Shown piece by piece: positions 37,445 to 47,118 of a stretch of 47,118 nucleotides of DNA (positions are counted from its first letter, which is position 1; every line of letters begins with the position of its first letter). The position numbers and the translations under genes were made by a program. The notes under the pieces were generated by a model. It saw only the letters and a program-made list of their open reading frames with translations. It did no database searches and was not told the origin of the DNA. The stretch spans positions 105,100 through 152,217 of the forward strand of contig NW_005434548.1 of the NCBI RefSeq assembly GCF_000315625.1, read 5' to 3'. This DNA is from Guillardia theta CCMP2712. Its lineage: Eukaryota; Protista; Cryptophyta.

Positions 37445-38240
37445 ATTTCGGGGACAATCCACCCACCTTTATCACCCCCCTCACCCACTGTACAACCCTC
37501 TCCCAAAAACAACATCCTAAAATATAGGGGTACTTTTTAGGTAATATTCAGTGGTAATGGGATAACCTCTGGGGGATTTACCTCAGAAGCACCCCACCCT
37601 CTGACTTCACCTTTTTGGATTATTTCCGTTATAAATAAGTTTCACCGGAATATTCTCACGAAACGCGAAAGGGCACACAAGCGCGGCGGAGGCTGCACCG
37701 GCCGGGCCCGGGCACTACCGGCTGCCGCAGTGCCAGTCACGGAGTCCGACGGTCCGAGGCTTCGGCTGAGTTCAGCTTCAATGGTTGAACGGGCCCAGGG
37801 AGTCCCGCGCGCCCCCGGCGGCCAGCCCGCGTGACCGTAGTCCGACGGCGGCGGCCAGTGTTCAACGCCGGCAACCGCCGTTTGAACTGTGGCCGACTCG
37901 CCGGACTCCGGTGGCCACTGTCAACGACATGTGGAACTGCAGGTGACCCGCCTCAAAGGTGACCCGCCTCAACCTAATCAGCCTGTTCGACAGCACGGCA
38001 GCGGCTGCCCCAGTTAAGTAAAGTAGTAGTACAGTTCAAGTTCACGTTTCATTTCAGTTCTGACTGGCGTTCACTATCATACCCGGGCTACTCAGGCTGC
38101 AAACTTAATCTGCCAGGCTCCGCTCAGGCTGCAGCGGTGCCGCTGCGGCCAGTATAGTATGCGGTAACTCAGTGCCAGTGCTCGGAGTCCGGCGAGCCGC
38201 ACTGTCTGTCAGCTCTTGAATGCCGGCGGCGACGGCAGGC
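37445..38240. promoter_or_regulatory. Intergenic module (ACCC block then CCGG-rich block) upstream of the minus-strand micro-exon gene
   Basis: ACCC motifs at 37460-37600, GC-rich 37680-38240. Confidence 0.4.
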
Positions 38241-38379
38241 TCGTCTGGGTCCTCCTCCTCCTCCTCCTCCTCCTCCTCCTCCTCCTCTGCACAGCGTCGT
38301 CCTCCTTGTCCTGCTCCTCCCAGTCCTCCTCCTCACTGAGTCACTGAGTCATGCAATCCTCCTGGGCACGTCCTCGTCC

Positions 38380-41300
38380 TCATCCTCGTCCTCCTCGAAG
38401 GTCGATGATCATCACTGAGATGTTGTCCGTCGATCCTCTCTTGAAAGCGGCATGCGCCAGAGCCTGCCAAGTCTTCAGGCTTCACCTTCCTCGTCCCTTG
38501 CTCCTCTCCTCCCTCCTCCCTTGCTCCTCTCCTCCCTCCTCCCTTGCGCCCACTTCCTCCACATGCATCCTCCTCTTCTGCTTCCTCTACTCATTCTCTT
38601 CCTCGTGCTGTATGACTCCTCTTTCCTCCCGCCTCCTTCTCCCGCATCCTTGTCCTCCTCCTTACCCTCGCTCCGCAGTCTGGCGCTCCTTCGATCATAT
38701 GCGCGAGAATGAAGCTGACTGCCTCCTCATTGCTGGCGGGAACGTTCAGCGGCTGTCGCAACCCCGAGGGGAGGAGAAAGGGAGGAGGGAGGAGGGAGTG
38801 AGCAGGGAGGAGGGAGGGAGGAGAAGGGAGGGAGGGAGGCGAAGGGAGGGGGGAGGGAGAGAAAAAGGATATGGGCAAGTTGCAAGCAGGAACGAGTGAA
38901 GGAAAGGGGAGGGCAGAAAATCAGTTGACCTGAAAACGTCCCAAAGCCCATCTGTAGCGAGGACGATGAACCTGAAATGATGTGAGGGGAGGAGAAAGAG
39001 CAAGAGGATACAAGAAGGTTGAGAGGGATTTCTTGAGCACAGCAGGAGGTGCTGAAGAGGAATATGGAGGAGGACACCAAGGAAATGTGGGGAAGGAACG
39101 AAGGAGGGGGAAGGGGAGGGGAGGGAGCAGGAGGAGCAGGAGGAAAGAGAGAAGAAAGAGGGGAGGAGCAAGATAGGAGATGCGGCAGAGGGAGGAGGAG
39201 GAGCGGGGCAGGGAGGTGTTGGCAGGTATCTGACCATTGTTCGTCGGCGCGTGCGATGAGGGAGATGTCGGGTTCGGCAGTGACGTACGGCTTCAAGGAG
39301 GCATCGCCGAGAGCTCTTGAGACAGCTGGACAGAGCAGCACATGAGCCTGGGAAGAAGAGGGCGAGGGCGAGGGCAAAGGGGTTGTAAAGTAAGGGAGGG
39401 CGGGAGGAGTAGAACTAGAGGGAAAGAGGAGTGAAGGGGAGCAGAAGAGCAACCGAGTACGCCCATGACGCGGGGGATGCCGGACCCGTAACGGTGAAGC
39501 ACAAACCCTCCCTGACCGCAGGCTCAGCTCAGATACACTGCGAGCACGAGCCATCACCATGGACTGAACGCGCGAGACTTCTTCCTCGTCGTCTAGTCGG
39601 TGGTCGCGCGACATGGCGATCGAGTCCACGATCAGCTCCCCGGCGTCTCCGCTACTCCTCACCTGCACAGAGTTCAGCTCAGCTGGGGGGTGGGAAGCTT
39701 GTGGGCTCACCACGCCAAGGACAGCTCGGCAGTCTCCTGCGTTGGCCACGATGATCTCGGAGGAGGAGAGAGCGACGACGATGGCGGTCGAGCCGTCGAT
39801 CCAGTCGAACCGCTCGGCATGGAGAAGGAACTTGCGGTCCGAGTACAAGAACCCCTCGATCAGAGCCTCGCACACCTGGTCGCAGCTGGCGTCCCCAGCT
39901 GGGATGAAGCTGGCTACGTTGGTGAGGAGCTCGTCACGGCAGAAGTGAGAGCAGCGCGTCCCCCCGTGACCGTCGAACATGCCGAAGAGACGCCACTTGC
40001 CCGCCATGAGCGCCATGTCGGTCCTGCCGGAGCAGGGGAAGGAGGCAAACGCGTCCTCCATGGTCGGCCGTCGGCCCTGCAGCGAGTAGATGGAGCAGGG
40101 GCCCCGCCTCTCGCTGGCGTCTAGAGGAGACCGATCTCCATCCTTCTTGCTCACCTCCCGCCACGAGTACGCCACACTCTGAAAGCTCTGCCTGTCCTCT
40201 GCCTTTACCTGCTCTGCCTCCTCGCCCTCCTCCTCCTCCTCCTCCTCCTCCTCCTCCTCCTGTGCCTTCTTCTGCCCTCCATCTGGCGTCCACCTCAGGT
40301 CCCAGTAGGTTGAAAAGCCTTGACGCTCCCATAGCGCCTTCACTCGCTCTGCTCGCTCGTCCAGCCGTCGCAGCGTTTTCGTCGACACCATCCCCGGCTC
40401 CTTCTGCCTCGCAAGCGCTCCTCTCCCTTCTCTCTGACTGGCAGCAACCTCGTCCTTCTCTCGTCCTAGAGGAGCTTCGCTGCTGCTGGCCTCTTCTCCC
40501 TCTTCCTTGGACTCTCTCGGCGAGCTGGAGTCTGACTCGGAGTAGTAGCGGACAGGCACCAGACCTCGGGCCGAAGTCCCATCCTCGTTCCACACCAGCG
40601 CGGCGTATCCGTTGATGTAGCTCTTGGCGTACTCCTCCTCCATCTCCGGGTCCTCAAGAACCGTGTTCATCCCTCCACCTGCGCTTTTGTCCGCACAGTC
40701 GATGGTTGACAGACACTCCGACAGTTCACCCATCTCCGCTGCGCGATTCTTTTCCTCCTCCTTCTGCCTCCGACCTCTCACCTTCCTCTCTCGTTTCTCT
40801 GCCAGCAGCTGCGAGAAGTCCTCCGTCGCAGGCTCATTGCGGGCCTCCCGCCAAGGGGAGGAGAAGGAAGAGTAGAAGCTCCTGCCAGAGCTCCTCGGCT
40901 CCTGCTGGAGGTGAGACTCCCGGTGCTGAGGCCACGACTTGCTTCGAGGAGGCAGCTGCTGCTGCAGCACATGAAGGAACTTGTTCGCCAGCCAACTCGC
41001 TCCAAACGGGAGGCAACCTAGCAGTGGTGAGCTCCGAGGAGCGCGAGGAGCCAAGGGAGGTTTGAGCCTAGAGGACGAAGAACCTCCTGCCCCTTCTGCT
41101 ATGCTCCCCTGCTCTGTCCCGCAACACGCCACCGCAGTGCCTTCCCCGTCCCTCGCTGGTCTGTCGTTCGTCTCCTCCCCTCCAGGGGCTACCGGGCTGC
41201 ACGCATCGCCCTTGATCAGGACGCAAGGAGAAGACTGCGAGCGAGATGGGAAGCAGCTCTGAGACTGGAAGGGACGGAGGAGCCAGCGGTCGAGACGGGT

Positions 41301-41453
41301 GCTCCCTCCGCGGAGACGACAGGAGAGGAGAAGGCCATGTCCGTTGCATCCCTTCAAGCTCCCGGCTCCTGCTGCTGCGTGACTGCTGCTGATGGGCCCG
41401 AGCAAAACTCCGAGGGAGAAAATGGCGGGAAGCAGACAGTGAAGTCTGCTCAT
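38380..41453 (-). CDS. PP2C/PPM family protein phosphatase with N-terminal signal peptide
   Basis: Motifs QGRRPTMEDA, FGMFDGHGG, DGSTA, ANAGDCRAVL, SRDH, AVSRALGD, VTAEPDI, FIVLATDGLWDVF and RGSTDNISVMII across exons; stop at 38380-38382; ATG at 41453. Confidence 0.93.
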
Positions 41454-43601
41454 CGTCGGCAGCACCTGCTCCTACACGACCATAGCCTGCTCCCGTGTTC
41501 CACTACCCGCTCAAGATTAGATCGGATCGAGAAGAGCTCTCTGCAGACGAGCCGGCATCCGGGGGTAGGAGGGGGGTGAAGCAGCGAGGAGGCTACCGAC
41601 TGTCTACTTGGACGAGAGTCAATGTTGTCAACGTCGGGGCACTGACAAGCATTCCTGGAGGTAGAAGTCATTACTGAGAAGGAGTGATGATAGGTGTTAT
41701 TGCAACCCTGTCTAATCCTCTCCACCACCACTCCTCTGCATGCCTGTCATCCTTACTCTCCTTCCCTCCACTCCTCTGCATCCTCGACCTCACTTCATTT
41801 CTTCATCACGTTATCGATGCTCGTACAATTGACGTCCTCCCACTTCTGGAAGACACAGTGCACCGCACCATGCCGTCCCTCCGTACTTTCATCTTGCCTG
41901 CCTGCCTGCCTACCTGCCTGCCTGTTCTCAACAATCAATATTGGGCTACCTGCTAACCCATTTCTCCATGATTTTTCATTAGATCCACTCTCTTTCTGCC
42001 GCATATCTTCAGCACCGGCCAAGTAGTCCTTTCAATAATACACCGCCCATCGACCCTTCAATGATCTCTTTGCTGCCTCCAGTGTCTATTTTCTGCTCTC
42101 CCATCCTCCTCCATGGATTATTCTACTCTATGACATAATTGCTCATCAGTTGAATCATCTCGGTACCGTGAATGTCATCCTTGCTCCTCTCTCTATTTTC
42201 TCCTCTCTCCTCTCCTGCTCAAATTCACTCACCCATTTCTCCTTTCCTCGTCTCTCTCCATTTCCCTCTCTCCCCTCCTCTCCCCTCCCCTCCCCTCCCT
42301 CCCTCCCTCTCTCCTTCTACTCTCCCCTCCCCTCCCCTCCCTCCCTCCTCCTTCTACCTCCATCCTCCTTCCTCCTCCTTCCTCTCTCCATCCATCATCC
42401 CTCTCCCTCTCCCTCTCCCCTCGCATCCTCCCTCTCCCTCTCCCTCCTCCCTCGCTTCTTCTCTCCTCGCCTCCGCATTCCCGTCTTTCCCCCATTCTGC
42501 GCGTGGGCATGTCGCCTCAATTCACTACAACACATTTTAAAAGCCCGGTAGGTTATGGATATTATAAATTTATATCACATCTTATAAATTGTTATAAACA
42601 AGGCCGAATTGATATTGAGTAAATATTTTGGTACCACTTCCGAGTTAACTTTAATCTTCAGTACTGGCAGCCCGGCCGCTCAGTCTCACGCCGGGCCCGG
42701 GCCCGGGCCACAGCCAGAAATCACTGTCGGCCAGGCATCTATTTAGGTTGAGCTGAACTAAACCTCTCACACCTCACCCGGCCGCCTCCATGCTCCCCTT
42801 GACGGACAACGCCTCCTCCTCCTCCTCCTCCTCCTCACCCTCCTCGCATATCGACAGCTTGACCTACTATGCTGCTGAACTTACTCCTTGCATCCTTGCC
42901 CTCATGGTTACCTCTGCTCCTCCTCTTTGTTTACCCTCCTTATCCTCTATTCTACTTCCATCCTCTACCACACTTCCTCCTGTTTCAGCAGGAATCCCAG
43001 CCTAACTCCACGTCACTGCAATCTCCTCGTTCTCAGGCCGTGGCCCATGTCTTCCTTTCTTTCATAATCCTCCACCATCTCCTCAAGCGTCCTGCATCTC
43101 TCTTCTCAATATGCATGCCATCATCAAATTGTTTCTTAGCCATGAACCCCTTTGCGCATCATCTCCACTCACATCAATTCGCCCTCACTCTCCCAGTTGC
43201 ATCCTCCCTCACATCAAATCCTCTCTCTCTCTTAGGAACACCCGCCCCCTTTCTCCCAGTCCCTTCCTTGCCCTGCTTTCCTTGTCCTTCTAGATTACTT
43301 CAGCGATACCCCCTACCGCAGATCGACGTTTGTCGTGTTGGACATGAGCGTGTCTCTTGCGTTTGATCGCTTCCTCCTCTGCCTCTCACTTTCTCTTGTG
43401 ATGCCGCACGCAATGAACGTTACGCACGTGAACCTGACCTTGTTGATGCAGGGGACGAAGGAGGAGGAGGAGGAGGAGGAGTTGGCTGTTGTGCGCTTCT
43501 AGTGGAGACATTTCAGAGAGCAAAGGAGAGAGTGCGAGGAAGGAGGAGAAAGGAAGGAGGAGAGAGGAAGGGGTTAAGAAGCTAAGGCGTCATCAGGCAG
43601 T

Positions 43602-44931
43602 ATGAGAGGTCCCACCGGCCACTCATTGCTGCTCCTCCTACTTGTGGGTTGGATGAGCCCTCCCTGCTCCTCCAAGTCGATGTCGCTGCAGGAGACGGAG
43701 GAGATGGACGTCAACGAACTTGTCGAGCTGCTGGGCTACTGCAGGAACAGCTACGGGAAGGCGGCGATCTACGATCCTCTCCTCAACCAATGCGTGTGTA
43801 GTTCCGGCTTCTCCTTCGACGGCCAGCTCTGCGTACCAGCTCGGCCGGTGCAGGAGGATGCAGGGGGGTCGGCGGAGGAGGGAGGGAGGGGTAGGCAGTT
43901 GGGGCAGGAAGGAAGCGACAAGTGGTGGGGGGAGGGAGGAGGCAAGCAGGGAGGGCGAGGAGAGTCAAAGAATCTTGCGGTGGAGATAGAGAAACTGTCT
44001 AAGGGGACGAGGAGGTTGCCGTCGAATGCGATCACGGCCAAGTCGTTCTCAGCTGTCACCATGTCAGCAAAGGACAACGTCCACTTCTGTACCTACACTG
44101 TGACCAAGACTCCTGATGAACAGCTGAAAGGTGAGGAGGAGAGGAGGAGGAGCGGCGGCAGCAGCAGCAGCAGGAGAGGTGGAGGAGCGAGAGGAATCAA
44201 AACGTTGGGAAGAAGGGGAATGGACAAGGCTAGGGACAGGGGCAGGTACAGGAGAAGGAGGAAGGAAGGAAGGAAACGGAGGACGTGCGGGTAGGATGAT
44301 GGGAAGTAGAGCGAGGAGTAGGGGACGGGGATTTGCCTTCCTTTCTGCAGTTTGTAACTGTTGTAATAGGCAAGAAGAAAAGAAGAACCGTCTCGTTTTC
44401 CAAGTGGAAGCATGCGAAGAAAAAAGCTGCCGAAAAGTATTTCCTGTCAACTCTGCTTCTTCCCTGCTACGCTCCTCCCCTCCTCTCCTCCTCCCTCTCC
44501 CCATTCTCCCTTGTTCACCTATTCGTCCTTGCTGATATTCGTGTAGACGAGGAAGGCTCAAGAACTTGGTCGGCAGCAAAGCTGTCGCGCCCTGCATCGG
44601 GCACGACAGCTTCAACATCCTCTGTGAAGATCAGAAAGCTTGTCAACGAGAGGTAATCTCCTATTTTAGAGCTCTTGCTCTACATCATCGTCATCATCAT
44701 CCCCAGATGTTGATGCGCTCCTCTCCTACCGTCTTCCCTCTCCCTCTCCCTCTCCCTCTCCCTCTCCCTCTCCCTCCCTCCCTCCTTTCTCCCTCTCTCT
44801 CACTCACTCTCTCCCTCTCTCTTTCTACCTCTCTTACATCTTTGGGCAGGTCCTACTGTCGTCAATAGAGGCATTCAACTACAACGACCAGAAGGAGTCT
44901 GAGATGATGGAGAAGATCTCTTCGAAGGTAA

Positions 44932-44971
<40 letters not shown>

Positions 44972-46018
44972 ATCCCCCCCCGCCACTCCCTTCCCCTCCC
45001 CCACCCCCATCCTCCTCCTTATCCTCCTCCTCCTTATCCTCCTCCTTCATTGCCCCTTCTACCCCTCCTCCGCATCATTCTACTGCTCACTGAACTTGTC
45101 CTCGTCCTCGTCCTCGTCCTCGTTCTCGTTCTCGTCCTCGTCCTCGTTCTCGTCCTCGTCCTCATGCTGATACTCTAATCCTCCCCTGCTACCTCACCGG
45201 CTTCGCTCCTTTCCTCATCTTCTCCTCTCCATCGTCTCATTGACGTGCGATGGCAGGAGAAGGAGCTGTATGAGGCTCAGATGGCAGCAGATCTTCTCAA
45301 CAAGCAGGTGCTGGTCGTCAAAATTCCCAATCGCTCCCACATACCCCCTCCCTCCCCCTCCTCCCCTCCTCCCCTCCTCCCCTCCTCCCCTCCTCCCCTT
45401 CTTCTCTTTCTCCCTCTCCTTTCTCCCTCCTCTCTCCCCGTCGGGTCTTCTCACCTTCTCACCTCTCAGCTCGTCGCTGATCGTGAAACACATCAACATC
45501 TGCTTGGAGACCTCGGAGCCAAAGTCAGCAGCCTCAACTCGCAACTTTCTGTTTGACAGCCTGTTTGTGGCAGCTGGAAGACGCCCGAAGGAAGCTGAAA
45601 GAGGCGGAAAAGAGCCAAGGAACAAACCCTGCAAAAGTTGAGGAGCTGAAGAAGGTGAGAGGAAAGAGAGGAGATACCACCACCACCTTCTCCTCCTCCT
45701 CCTCCTCCTCCTCCTCCTCCTCCTCCTCCTTGACCACCTCCTCCTTGACCACCTCCTCCTCTCTGCCCTCCGTTTCTATCTCCTCTTCCTCTGCCTCTAG
45801 ATTCACTGTTCTTCCAGGAGATGGATCAGAAGATTGAGAACATGCATGCCGAGCTCCAGAAGGAGAGGAGGAGGTCCCTTGCTGCCCTTTCCCAGCTCAG
45901 CCTCCAGCTCACCCTCACTGGGCAGGCGAGAGGCTCTAGAGAAGAAATATGACGCTGAACGAGCCAAGGCTGACTCATTCCGCAAAGAGAAGCAGGACCT
46001 GTTACAGAAGGTGTGTAT

Positions 46019-46071
<53 letters not shown>

Positions 46072-47118
46072 ATCTCCTGCTCCTGCTNNNNNNNNNNNNN
46101 NNNNNNNNNNNNNNNNNNNNNNNNNNNNNNNNNNNNNNNNNNNNNNNNNNNNNNNNNNNNNNNNNNNNNNNNNNNNNNNNNNNNNNNNNNNNNNNNNNNN
46201 NNNNNNNNNNNNNNNNNNNNNNNNNNNNNNNNNNNNNNNNNNNNNNNNNNNNNNNNNNNNNNNNNNNNNNNNNNNNNNNNNNNNNNNNNNNNNNNNNNNN
46301 NNNNNNNNNNNNNNNNNNNNNNNNNNNNNNNNNNNNNNNNNNNNNNNNNNNNNNNNNNNNNNNNNNNNNNNNNNNNNNNNNNNNNNNNNNNNNNNNNNNN
46401 NNNNNNNNNNNNNNNNNNNNNNNNNNNNNNNNNNNNNNNNNNNNNNNNNNNNNNNNNNNNNNNNNNNNNNNNNNNNNNNNNNNNNNNNNNNNNNNNNNNN
46501 NNNNNNNNNNNNNNNNNNNNNNNNNNNNNNNNNNNNNNNNNNNNNNNNNNNNNNNNNNNNNNNNNNNNNNNNNNNNNNNNNNNNNNNNNNNNNNNNNGAG
46601 AGAGAGAGAGGAGAGGAGAGAGAGGAGAGGAGGAGAGGGGGAGGAGGAGGAGGCGGGAGGATCTGATTGAGTCTGCAGCGAATGCATGGAGGGATACGAA
46701 CTTGTCAACGGCGAGTGCGAGAAGAAAGCAGGAAAACAAGAGCAGCAGCAGCAGCAACAACAACAACAACAACAGCAGCAGCAACAGCAGCAGCAGCAGC
46801 AGCAGCAGCAAGAACAGCCAGCGGAGGAGCGGAAGAGAAAGGAGGAGGAGAAAGCTCGCTACGAGCAGTTCTGCCTGAAAACGTTCGGTCCTCATGCTCG
46901 ATTTGACGGACAAGATGGCTGGTGAGACGGAGAGAGGGAGGAGGAGGGAGGAGGAGAGCAGGAAGGAGGAGAGGACGAGGACAGGGAGGAGGAGGAGGAG
47001 GAGGAGGAGGAGGAAGGAGGGGAGGGGGGTGGGGGGGGGAGAGGAGGAGGAGGGAGGAGGATCTGATTGAGTCTGCAGCGAATGCGTGGAGGGATACGAA
47101 CATTGTCAACGGCGAAGT
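43602..47118 (+). CDS. Secreted Cys-rich (EGF-like repeats) and coiled-coil protein; incomplete
   Basis: Signal peptide (SLLLLLLVGWMSPPCSS). Module YCRNSYGKAAIYDPLLNQCVCSSGFSFDGQLC recurs as FCLKTFGPHARFDGQDGC|EC and ECMEGYELVNGEC. E/K-rich coiled-coil exons at 45256-46010. Interrupted by a gap, so it could be two genes. Confidence 0.6.
46088..46597. other. Assembly gap (N run)
   Basis: 510 N between simple repeats. Confidence 0.99.

Noticed and set aside
41500-42150. Possible small minus-strand gene upstream of PP2C
   Set aside because: Some splice-like sites are present, but no consistent reading frame could be built; it may be UTR.

Overview
Eukaryotic, gene-dense nuclear DNA with many short (~45-50 nt) GT-AG introns, so the six-frame ORF track fragments most genes. 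Intron size, gene families and composition suggest a cryptophyte alga such as Guillardia (inference only). Manual splicing supports about 13 genes: RWP-RK transcription factor, a 9x HMG-box protein, RPL18, a PP2-A10-like protein, a small unknown gene, a large Q-rich/RIN13-like Zn-domain/helical protein, a GAF-polyQ protein, a basic signal-peptide protein, a 2xPDZ-CaaX protein, Cdc14, a hidden micro-exon peptide gene, a signal-peptide PP2C, and a truncated secreted EGF-like/coiled-coil protein. Highlights: (1) a recurring strand-oriented GGGT/ACCC + AT-rich + CCGG-rich intergenic module at gene 5' ends; (2) a gene invisible to the ORF track that has a 3-nt exon; (3) an apparent fusion of a Q-rich region, a RIN13-like domain and a bacterial SWIM-protein-like helical region; (4) a nine-box alternating HMG array; (5) an intronic minisatellite built from a branch point plus pyrimidine tract. 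Family assignments come from motif recognition, not database searches.
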